From: a virus
Strand: one strand, 5' to 3'
Virus record (IMG/VR): IMGVR_UViG_3300045988_055361
DNA: 35,948 bases
In this document: positions 14,565 through 22,451 of the stretch, piece after piece
Numbering within the stretch: the stretch's first letter is position 1
Layout of the letters: the number at the start of each line of letters is the position of its first letter
Position numbers and translations under genes: made by a program
The notes under the pieces: generated by a model
Seen by the model: only the letters and a program-made list of their open reading frames with translations
Database searches by the model: none
Told to the model about the DNA's origin: nothing

Positions 14565-14936
14565 ATGGCAAAAATGACTTTAGCCGAACAAGCACAAGAA
14601 ATTTTAAGAATTGCAGAAGAAAGTGGAGTACAAAGTAATTACTTTTTTATAACTACTTTCAAAAGATATCAAATGCAATTAGTTATGTTATATGAATTAG
14701 AAAAATCTATAAAAGATGATGGAATATTAGTTGAAAAAGAATATGTTAAAGGTAGAAAAAATTTATATTCTAGTCCAGCAGTAAAAGATTATAATGCAAC
14801 AACAGATAGTGCAAATAGAACAGTAGCAACTCTTATGAAGATCATTAAAAATTATAATGTAAGTGATACAACCAAAGAAGAAGACCCGCTCATGAAGATT
14901 ATTAATGGTGGTGACGATGATGGCAGTGACGAGTAG
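14565..14936 (+). CDS. terS: Terminase small subunit (P27/Terminase_4-like)
   Basis: AGGAGGTGA RBS. FKRYQMQLVMLYELEKSIKDDGILVEKEY..GRKNLYSSPAVKDYNATTDSANRTVATLMKI fits the P27-family pattern. It lies immediately upstream of, and overlaps, terL. Confidence 0.65.
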   Translation: MAKMTLAEQAQEILRIAEESGVQSNYFFITTFKRYQMQLVMLYELEKSIKDDGILVEKEYVKGRKNLYSSPAVKDYNATTDSANRTVATLMKIIKNYNVSDTTKEEDPLMKIINGGDDDGSDE

Positions 14937-16605
14937 TAAGGCTTACGAATATTGCAAAAGCTCTATCAGGAAGAAAACAACTCCTAAATACGTCAAAAAG
15001 CAGATGCGAGATTGGATGCGAATTGCAGAAGGAAAAAACGCAAAGTACTTTGTATCTGAAAAAAAGGTTCAGCAGATTGAAAACATTCTGAAACTGCTTA
15101 TCATGCCAAAAGGATTGAAAGCAGGACAGTCTATGTATAAGTGTGCCACTGGCTATCAGTGGTTGATCTATACAGCCATGCTATGCACTGTATATCGTGA
15201 CAAGCCGAAAAAGCGAAGATATGAAACAGGGCTGTTGGAAATTTGCAGAAAAAATTTTAAAACGTACACAGTCGGAACAATCTTTATTATTCTGTTTTTG
15301 ACAGAGCCAAGGTTCTCAAAGTTCTTTTCAGTTGCGCCAGATGGTGCATTGTCGAGGGAAATAAAAGAAGCAATCTCAGATACAATCAAAAGCAGTCCGC
15401 TTATATATGAGTACAAAGGAACGAAGCGTTTCAAGCTGTTAAGGGACTACATTAAGTTCAAGCCGAATGAAAACACGTTGATTCCGTTAGCGTACAGTAA
15501 TAACCGTATGGACGGACGTATGCCGAATGCATTTATTGCAGATGAAGTTGGAGCATTGCCGAACGGTTATCCTGTTGAAGCCATGAGGTCTGGACAGCTT
15601 AACGTTGTTAACAAACTAGGGTTCGTTATCAGCACGAAATATCCGACAATCGACAATCCTTTCGAGGACGAGGTTGCATATGCCAAGAAGGTTCTTGATG
15701 GCATTGAGAAAGACGATACTATTTTTGCACTTCTATATGAGCCAGACAAATCAGACTGGGAAACAGACAATCTTGTTTTGAAACAGGCGAATCCTGCGTC
15801 ATTGGAAATCCCTGAAATTTGGAATGATCTTGTAAAGAAAAGAGCAAGAGCCATTGCCATTGAGAACGAGCGAGAAAACTTTGTTACAAAGCACTGCAAT
15901 ATTATCTATCAAGGTCAGGGAACTGAAACATTCATTGATGTTAAAGATGTTCAGGCGTGCAAGGTTGCAGATATTGATTGGTCTGGAAGGGTTGTATATT
16001 TAGGCGTTGACCTTTCAGAATCAAACGATAATACATCTGTTGCCATGGTTTCTGTAGATGATGATGATAACATTCTTGCAGAAAGTTTTGCGTTCATTCC
16101 ATCAGACAGAATCACAGAAAAGACCATATCAGAACGTGTGAACTATCAGGAACTATTGAAGAGTGGAAAGGTGATTGCGTGTGGTGACAGAGTTATTTCT
16201 TATGCGTTTGTTGAACAGTTCATATTGAGTCTTGAGAGCCGTTATAACGTGCAAATTCAGGCAATTGGATATGACAGGTGGAATGCATTGTCTACGGCAC
16301 AAAAACTCGCAAATGAGGGATATAACACGGTTCAGATAAAGCAGTATTCAAGTGTCTTGCATTCTCCGACAAAGAGGATGAAAGAGGCAATCCTTACGCA
16401 GAAATTCAAATACACAGAGAACAAACTTCTTGAAATCAATTATCAGAATGCGAAATGTGCATATGACACAAACAAAAATATGTATGTCAACAAGAAAAAG
16501 AGCAACGGCAAAGTTGATATGGTTGTATCACTTATCAATGCGATTTACCTTCTTGAGCAGGATTATTTCTTGAATGAAGGTGACTTCACATTCCAGATGA
16601 TTTAA
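14905..16605 (+). CDS. terL: Terminase large subunit (Terminase_1 family)
   Basis: 566 aa. GYQWLIYTAMLCTVY...RRYETGLLEICRKNFKTYTVG (the RKNGKS-like Walker A region), IADEVGAL (Walker B) and a C-terminal RNaseH-like nuclease region (YLGVDLSESNDNTSVAMV...GYDRWNA). ATG at 14917/14920 follows GGTGGTGA and may be the true start. Confidence 0.9.
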   Translation: MVVTMMAVTSSKAYEYCKSSIRKKTTPKYVKKQMRDWMRIAEGKNAKYFVSEKKVQQIENILKLLIMPKGLKAGQSMYKCATGYQWLIYTAMLCTVYRDKPKKRRYETGLLEICRKNFKTYTVGTIFIILFLTEPRFSKFFSVAPDGALSREIKEAISDTIKSSPLIYEYKGTKRFKLLRDYIKFKPNENTLIPLAYSNNRMDGRMPNAFIADEVGALPNGYPVEAMRSGQLNVVNKLGFVISTKYPTIDNPFEDEVAYAKKVLDGIEKDDTIFALLYEPDKSDWETDNLVLKQANPASLEIPEIWNDLVKKRARAIAIENERENFVTKHCNIIYQGQGTETFIDVKDVQACKVADIDWSGRVVYLGVDLSESNDNTSVAMVSVDDDDNILAESFAFIPSDRITEKTISERVNYQELLKSGKVIACGDRVISYAFVEQFILSLESRYNVQIQAIGYDRWNALSTAQKLANEGYNTVQIKQYSSVLHSPTKRMKEAILTQKFKYTENKLLEINYQNAKCAYDTNKNMYVNKKKSNGKVDMVVSLINAIYLLEQDYFLNEGDFTFQMI

Positions 16606-16634
16606 TTGCTAAAAACGTGCATTTATGCTAATAT
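16606..16634 (+). promoter_or_regulatory. Sigma-70-type promoter-like sequence between terL and portal (TTGCTA-N17-TAATAT)
   Basis: TTGCTA at 16606-16611 and TAATAT at 16629-16634. A TGTTTCAAATAGAAA box (16648-16662) follows. Confidence 0.4.
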
Positions 16635-16687
16635 GTATGTGTAAAAATGTTTCAAATAGAAAATACTAACGAGGGGCGGTAACGAGA

Positions 16688-17953
16688 GTGGCACTATTTA
16701 AGAAAAGAATCAAGAACAAAATAAATCTTAACGATCAAAGTGTTCAGCTTGACGATGTGCTGTTGTCGGCATTGCTCAATAATGAGACCATCACAAGGGA
16801 TAAGGCGCTGACACTTCCTGCCGTATCAGGTGCCGTGGATTTCATCAGCGGTTCGATTGCATCCATGCCTGTTAAACTGTACAAGTACAAGAACGGCAAG
16901 GTTGAAGAAGTGCAGAGAGACAGCCGTGTACGAATGTTGAACGGTGACACAGGAAACACGCTTGACGGTTTCCAGACAAAAAAAGCCATGGTCGAGGATT
17001 ACTTACTCGGAAAGGGTGGATATTGTTATATCCAGAGAGACAGACAGAACAACGTAACGGCGCTGAAATATATTCCAGATATGAACGTTACCGTGTGGTC
17101 AAATTCAGACCCGATGAACCGTTTCGTGCAGTTCTATGTTGGCACAAATAAAATTTATCCATGGAACATGGTCAAGTTGTTGAGGAACACCAAAGATGGA
17201 GCAAGCGGAAAGGGATTGACGGAAGAAATATCTAAGGCTCTTGAAACAGCATACAGTACGTTGGTATATCAGCTTGGACTGGTTCAGACAGGCGGTAATA
17301 AAAAAGGATTCTTACAGGCAGAGCGCAGACTTGGACAGGAAGAAGTGGACAAGCTCAAAGAAGCATGGAAGAGGTTATACGCCAACAACACCGAATCCGT
17401 CATGGTTCTGAACAACGGCATCAAGTTTCAGGAGTCGTCAAATAGTTCAGTCGAAATGCAGTTGAATGAGAGCAAGAAGACTTTACAGGATGAAATAAAT
17501 GGAGTATTCCATATTCACAGTGACTTCAACCTGACATTCAAGGAAGCAATATATCCGATTATTAAAGCATTTGAGACAGCTATAAACAGCACACTGCTGT
17601 TGGAGAAAGAAAAGAAAAACTTCTTCTTTGAGTTCGATACAAAAGAAATTGTGAAAGCAAGCATCAAGGAAAGGTTCGACGCTTACAAGGTTGCGAAAGA
17701 AACAGGACTTATGACTATCAATGAGTTGCGCCGAATGGAAAATCTCAATTATATTGAGGGTATGGACGTGATCAATGTTGGTCTTGGCGCAGTATTGTAT
17801 GACACCAACACAGGAATATATTACACGCCAAACACTGGACAGGTGACAGGTGGAAATGAAGAAGAAGAAACGGCTGAGAAAGTTGAAGAAACTGAAAAGG
17901 GGGCAGATGATGAATTACAAGTACTTGAAGAATCTGACGAAAACAAGCGCTGA
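16688..17953 (+). CDS. Portal protein (HK97-type Phage_portal family)
   Basis: GTG start after GAGGGG. ALTLPAVSGAVDFISGSIASMPVKLYKY... is typical of HK97-family portals. Its size and its position after terL also fit. Confidence 0.85.
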   Translation: MALFKKRIKNKINLNDQSVQLDDVLLSALLNNETITRDKALTLPAVSGAVDFISGSIASMPVKLYKYKNGKVEEVQRDSRVRMLNGDTGNTLDGFQTKKAMVEDYLLGKGGYCYIQRDRQNNVTALKYIPDMNVTVWSNSDPMNRFVQFYVGTNKIYPWNMVKLLRNTKDGASGKGLTEEISKALETAYSTLVYQLGLVQTGGNKKGFLQAERRLGQEEVDKLKEAWKRLYANNTESVMVLNNGIKFQESSNSSVEMQLNESKKTLQDEINGVFHIHSDFNLTFKEAIYPIIKAFETAINSTLLLEKEKKNFFFEFDTKEIVKASIKERFDAYKVAKETGLMTINELRRMENLNYIEGMDVINVGLGAVLYDTNTGIYYTPNTGQVTGGNEEEETAEKVEETEKGADDELQVLEESDENKR

Positions 17954-18677
17954 TTTTTATGTTTATGGCGATATCGTTGATGAAAACGAACCTGACTGGT
18001 TTGGTGAAAAGTCAGAAACAGCAGTTGACACGAACACATTTAAGGCAGAGCTTGACAGTCTGACAGGAGTGACAGATTTTAATATCTACATCAACTCAGG
18101 CGGTGGCTCAGTGTTTGCAAGTTCCGCAATGGTAAGTATGCTGAAGAGATTCAGACAGAACACAGGAGCGAAGATTCATGCATATATTGATGGATTGTGT
18201 GCAAGTGCAGCAACGTATCTTGCCATGGTTGCAGATGATATGAATATTTACAAAAATTCTGTGCTGATGATTCATAAGCCAATGACGTTTGCATATGGAA
18301 ATGCTAATGAGTTACAGCATAGCATTGACACATTGAATCTGATTGAAAGCGGAACGATGTTGCCAATGTATGAAGCAAAGGCAAAAGAAGGGATCACAGC
18401 AGAGAATATCGCAGAACTGGTTGGCAACGAAACATGGTTCTGTGGAAATCCTGATGATGATATGTACATCGGAAATTATTTCAATGTGAACGCATTGGAC
18501 AGTGTGAAGGACGTACAGGCATGTGTAACGGACTTATTCAGAAATTACAAGCATGTGCCAGATGCATTAAGAAAGCCAAAACAGGTTAAAAAGCCTGTTG
18601 AGGATCGTGTGCTTGACTATTCAGCATACGAGAATATTATTAGTTCATTAAAGGAAAACGGAGGGGTGAATAAATGA
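17907..18677 (+). CDS. Prohead maturation protease (ClpP/S14 family)
   Basis: DFNIYINSGGGSVFASSAMVSMLKRF...IHAYIDGLCASAATYLAMVADDMNIYKNSVLMIHKP (ClpP-like Ser/His region). ATG at 17907 follows GAAAAGGGGG. The track ORF starts at 17850. Confidence 0.85.
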   Translation: MMNYKYLKNLTKTSADFYVYGDIVDENEPDWFGEKSETAVDTNTFKAELDSLTGVTDFNIYINSGGGSVFASSAMVSMLKRFRQNTGAKIHAYIDGLCASAATYLAMVADDMNIYKNSVLMIHKPMTFAYGNANELQHSIDTLNLIESGTMLPMYEAKAKEGITAENIAELVGNETWFCGNPDDDMYIGNYFNVNALDSVKDVQACVTDLFRNYKHVPDALRKPKQVKKPVEDRVLDYSAYENIISSLKENGGVNK

Positions 18678-19810
18678 ACGTAAAAGAACTCATTGAAAAT
18701 CGAAATTCAAAAGTCGCTCAGATGGAGAAATTGCTAACAACTGCAAAGGCAGAAAACAGATTACCATCTGAAAACGAAAAGAAGCAGTTTGCAAACCTTG
18801 AAAAAGAGGTAAAGGACATTGATGCAACTGTTGCTATGTATGATCAGATGGCAGAAATGAGCGTGAAGAAGGTGCCAAGCGCACCTGTTGAAATGACAAA
18901 TGCAGAAAAAGATCACAAAGCATTCGAGAATGCAATTCGTGGCATTGTGAATACCGACACACCAACAATGCCAGCAGATGCAAAAACACTTATTCCGACA
19001 ACTGTATGGAATGAAATCATTTCACAGGTTATCGAAATCTCACCTGTGTTCTCAATGGCAGACCGTTATAACATCACTGGCAATCTAGTATTACCAAAAT
19101 ATGATGCACAGAACAGTTCAATCGTGATGCAGTATGCAGATGAAGGAACTACAGCAGAATCTGGAAAGGTTGTTATCAGCCAGATCACTCTTGGTGGATT
19201 CCTTGCACGTTGCCTTGCAAAAATTTCAAAAAGCTTGATTAACAATTCCAACTTTGACATCATTGGCTTTGTTGAAGCAAAGATGGCACAGGCAATCGCA
19301 CTGTATTTCGAACATGAGATTCTATTCGGTACAGATGGAAAGGTTGAAGGTCTGAAGGGCATTACATCAGATATGACTGTTACAACTGCCGCAGCCACAA
19401 AGATTACATCTGACGAGCTGATGGATGTGCAGGATAAGGTAATCGACAACTATCAGGCTAATTCTGTTTGGATCATGAATCGTGATACTCGAAATGCAAT
19501 CAGAAAATTGAAGGATAATGACGGCGATTATTTATTGAATCGTGATTTTACAGCAAAGTGGGGCTATACACTTCTCAACAAGGATGTTTATTGTTCTGAT
19601 GCGATGGACAAGATGCTTGCAGGAAAAACAGCAATTTATTATGGTGACTTCTCTGGTTTAGCTGTGAAGGTTTCCGAAAATGCTAATATGCAGGTATTGC
19701 AGGAAAGATATGCAGAAGAACATTTACTTGGAATTCTAGCTTTCGTTGAGTGGGATGCAAAAGTTGCAGATACTCAGAAACTTGCAAAACTTGTCATGAA
19801 GGATGCATAA
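18674..19810 (+). CDS. Major capsid protein (HK97 family) with an N-terminal delta/scaffold domain
   Basis: N-terminal coiled coil (ELIENRNSKVAQMEKLLTTAKAENRLPSENEKKQFANLEKEVKDID), then a capsid-like body. It follows portal-protease, and the GGAGGGG RBS is strong. Confidence 0.85.
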   Translation: MNVKELIENRNSKVAQMEKLLTTAKAENRLPSENEKKQFANLEKEVKDIDATVAMYDQMAEMSVKKVPSAPVEMTNAEKDHKAFENAIRGIVNTDTPTMPADAKTLIPTTVWNEIISQVIEISPVFSMADRYNITGNLVLPKYDAQNSSIVMQYADEGTTAESGKVVISQITLGGFLARCLAKISKSLINNSNFDIIGFVEAKMAQAIALYFEHEILFGTDGKVEGLKGITSDMTVTTAAATKITSDELMDVQDKVIDNYQANSVWIMNRDTRNAIRKLKDNDGDYLLNRDFTAKWGYTLLNKDVYCSDAMDKMLAGKTAIYYGDFSGLAVKVSENANMQVLQERYAEEHLLGILAFVEWDAKVADTQKLAKLVMKDA

Positions 19811-19833
19811 ATCATTAGAAAGAGGTGAGCAAT

Positions 19834-20133
19834 ATGAAAGCAAACAAGGTTAGTGATATTACAGAAGAAAACGTCGCAGATTATTTGAGACTGGACGAAG
19901 TAAATGACAGTGAAATAAATACATTGACCACGCTTATTTCTATTGCAACCTCATATATCAAGAGTTATACAGGACTTGACGATGCTAGCGTTGACAAATA
20001 CCCTGAATTTGTGATTGTAGTGCTTATTTTCTGTCAGGACATGTGGGATAACCGAACAATGTATGTTGACAGTAAAGACTTGAACAACACGGTGCAGAGC
20101 ATTCTCGCAATGCACAGTGTCAATCTGTTGTGA
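19834..20133 (+). CDS. Head-tail connector (gp6-like)
   Basis: VADYLRLDEVNDSEINTLTTLISIATSYIKSYTG matches the gp6-like connector pattern. ATG at 19834 follows AGAAAGAGG. Confidence 0.7.
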   Translation: MKANKVSDITEENVADYLRLDEVNDSEINTLTTLISIATSYIKSYTGLDDASVDKYPEFVIVVLIFCQDMWDNRTMYVDSKDLNNTVQSILAMHSVNLL

Positions 20134-20143
20134 GGTGTGAACC

Positions 20144-20470
20144 ATGTTAAATGCAGGGAAGTATTCAAAGCGTATCAAGATATATAAGACCGTCATTGTT
20201 ACTGATGATGATGGCTTTCAGACAGAACAGAAAAATGTGATTCTTACACCATATGCATATGTGAGAACAACAAAAGGATTTACGCTGATTGCGAATAATT
20301 CTGATTTTGAGAAAGCATACACCAACTTCACAATTCGTTATCCGAAAACAAAAATCACAAGAGATATGCTGATTGATTTTCATGAAAAAACTTATTCCAT
20401 TGAATATCTCAACAACGTTGATGAAAACAGCGTAGAATTAGAAATTCAGGCAAAGGAAGTGACTCACTGA
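20144..20470 (+). CDS. Head-tail adaptor / head-closure protein (Phage_H_T_join-like)
   Basis: Pattern KRIKIYK....DDGFQTEQ....TPYAYVRTTKG...FTIRY......YSIEY..NVDE....LEIQAKEV. Confidence 0.65.
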   Translation: MLNAGKYSKRIKIYKTVIVTDDDGFQTEQKNVILTPYAYVRTTKGFTLIANNSDFEKAYTNFTIRYPKTKITRDMLIDFHEKTYSIEYLNNVDENSVELEIQAKEVTH

Positions 20471-20898
20471 TGGCAAAGATTGTTTTTGATATTGATGACA
20501 GCGTGCTGAAGGATATATCTTATATTGACAAGCAGTTTGATCACATCTTTGGTGGTATGACACAAGCAGGCGCAGAGGTAGTTCACAAGAACGTTATTTC
20601 GGCACTTCCAGAGGCGCTGAAAAGTTCAGGCTTCACAAAAAACGTGAAGCTGTCACGTGTGTATAAAACTCCATCAGATGATGGTATCAACACGAAAGTT
20701 ATGATCACTGGATATTTCAAAAACAGGGAAGGCAAGAAGACTCCTGCACCACTTGTTGCTAATATGTTCGAGTATGGCAGTGATAAAAGGAGATATCCAA
20801 AGCATCCATTTTTCCGAAAGTCTTTCAAAAAGTCACAAATCATGAAAGCAATGGAAGAAGCGCAGAAGAAGTTGAGCGGGGGACTGTTAGATGAATAG
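20470..20898 (+). CDS. HK97 gp10-family tail-component protein
   Basis: AGAEVVHKNVISALP... and ANMFEYGSDKRRYPKHPFFRKSF fit the gp10-like pattern (A..vEfG......a.PFlr.a). Confidence 0.6.
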   Translation: MAKIVFDIDDSVLKDISYIDKQFDHIFGGMTQAGAEVVHKNVISALPEALKSSGFTKNVKLSRVYKTPSDDGINTKVMITGYFKNREGKKTPAPLVANMFEYGSDKRRYPKHPFFRKSFKKSQIMKAMEEAQKKLSGGLLDE

Positions 20899-21238
20899 CC
20901 TCATTGAAAAAACATTGAGTGGTTTCACGGTCAACGGCAAAAAAATTCCAGTCAAGTTCTTACGATACAACGGAAGTTCAGAAACATACATCACTTACAT
21001 GATGACAGATGCGGACAGTGTGCTGCATGGTGATGATGAACTGCTGAACTACGTTGAATATTATGATTTTGATATTTACTCAAAAGGCAATTACAAGCCG
21101 ATTATCAAGGCGTTAAAAGGATTGCTTAAAGCTGTCGGGTTTATGTGGGAACCTGACCGTTCATCCGAAGATATGTATGAGGACGATACGAAGTATTACC
21201 ACAAGACATTATGTTTTTCAATCGAAAGGAGCGAATAA
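20891..21238 (+). CDS. Tail completion / tail-terminator-like protein
   Basis: Called from its position between the gp10-like gene and the major tail gene, and from its size. No firm motif. Confidence 0.45.
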   Translation: MNSLIEKTLSGFTVNGKKIPVKFLRYNGSSETYITYMMTDADSVLHGDDELLNYVEYYDFDIYSKGNYKPIIKALKGLLKAVGFMWEPDRSSEDMYEDDTKYYHKTLCFSIERSE

Positions 21239-21795
21239 TGGCTAAGATCGGGTTAAATAACTTCCGATATTCAAAACTTACGGAATCGGAAGAAGGTACA
21301 GCAACATATGATGGCGCGAAAAAGCCAGCCAAGGCTATTTCGTGTAAGGTGGATATCACCAACAATGATGCGGCTTTGTATGCCGATGATGTATTGGCAG
21401 AAAGTGATACATCTTTCCAAAAGGGCTCTGTAACAGTAGAAATCGACAATGAAGATGTGCAGACAATGGCAGACCTTCTAGGACATAAGGTGTCTTCAGA
21501 AGGTTCAGAACTTGTCAGAAATGCAAACGATGTTGCGCCATATGTTGGTTTCGGAAGAATCGTTACAAAGATGGTGAACGGAGCTTACAAGTACACAGTA
21601 GAATTCTTGTGCAAAGTTAAGTTCTCAGAGCCATCACAGGATGATTCTACAAAGGGCGAAAGTGTATCATTCAGCACAACTGAACTTGCAGGAACTGTTG
21701 CAACATTGGCTGATGGCACATGGTCAAAGTCAGAGACGTTTGATACAAAGACTGAAGCTGTCACATATCTTGAAGGACTGATGGCAAAGGCTTAA
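21238..21795 (+). CDS. Major tail protein (phi13-type)
   Basis: MAKIGLNNFRYSKLTESEEGTATYDGAKKPAKAISCKVDITNNDAALYADD is typical of Firmicutes siphovirus major tail proteins. A strong terminator and then the G/GT chaperone follow it. Confidence 0.8.
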   Translation: MAKIGLNNFRYSKLTESEEGTATYDGAKKPAKAISCKVDITNNDAALYADDVLAESDTSFQKGSVTVEIDNEDVQTMADLLGHKVSSEGSELVRNANDVAPYVGFGRIVTKMVNGAYKYTVEFLCKVKFSEPSQDDSTKGESVSFSTTELAGTVATLADGTWSKSETFDTKTEAVTYLEGLMAKA

Positions 21796-21812
21796 GTCTA
21801 AAAAGAATATTA

Positions 21813-21843
21813 AAGACAGGGATAGTCCCTGTCTTATTTTTTT
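21813..21843 (+). terminator. Rho-independent terminator after the major tail gene
   Basis: AAGACAGGG-ATAGT-CCCTGTCTT followed by ATTTTTTTT. Confidence 0.8.
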
Positions 21844-21855
21844 AGGAGGGTAAAC

Positions 21856-22209
21856 ATGAAGGAAGTATCAAAGACACTTGAATACAAAGACAAGAAATAC
21901 AAACTAGTTTTCAATCTTAATGTGATGGAAGTTATTCAAGATAAGTACAGAACACTTGAAAACTGGGGCAAACTCACAGATGGTGCAAAAAACAATGGCG
22001 AGCCAAACGCAAAGGCTGTTATCTTTGGAATCACGGCAATGCTGAATGAAGGAATTGACATTGACAATGAGGAAAATGGCACGAGTGAAAAGATGCTTAC
22101 TAACAAGCAGGTCGGCAGAATGATCACGGAAATTGGCTTGAAATCATCCGCACAGTTAATGAATGGTGTTGTCGTTGACAGCACTAAGAGTGCCGAAAAA
22201 AACGCATAA
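21856..22209 (+). CDS. Tail assembly chaperone (gpG-like, zero-frame product)
   Basis: Lies between the major tail and tape-measure genes. Ends ...SAEKNA* with the slippery site A_AAA_AAC at 22197-22203. Confidence 0.8.
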   Translation: MKEVSKTLEYKDKKYKLVFNLNVMEVIQDKYRTLENWGKLTDGAKNNGEPNAKAVIFGITAMLNEGIDIDNEENGTSEKMLTNKQVGRMITEIGLKSSAQLMNGVVVDSTKSAEKNA

Positions 22210-22439
22210 TACCCGATGAAGATGAACCAGAGCCAATAGACTTTACATGGTTCTACTTTATCGGGCGTAACAAACTCGGTTTTACATTCCATGAGGTTGG
22301 CAGATTGACAATGACAACTTTCAACCTGTTCTATAAGCATTACAAAAACGATTTTGACTTCGAGTTGATGCTTGAAAAGACAGGAACAACATACGCAAAA
22401 GCATATGAAAAATCACAACATGAAGATGATTGGTTTTAA
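21856..22439 (+). CDS. Tail assembly chaperone, -1 frameshift-extended form (gpGT-like)
   Basis: The -1 frame is open from the slippery heptamer to TAA 22437-22439 (..KKRIIPDEDEPEPIDFTWFYFIGRNKLGFTFHEVGRLTMTTFNLFYKHYKNDFDFELMLEKTG...DDWF). It has no start codon of its own. Confidence 0.75.
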
Positions 22440-22451
22440 GGGGGTGAGTGC

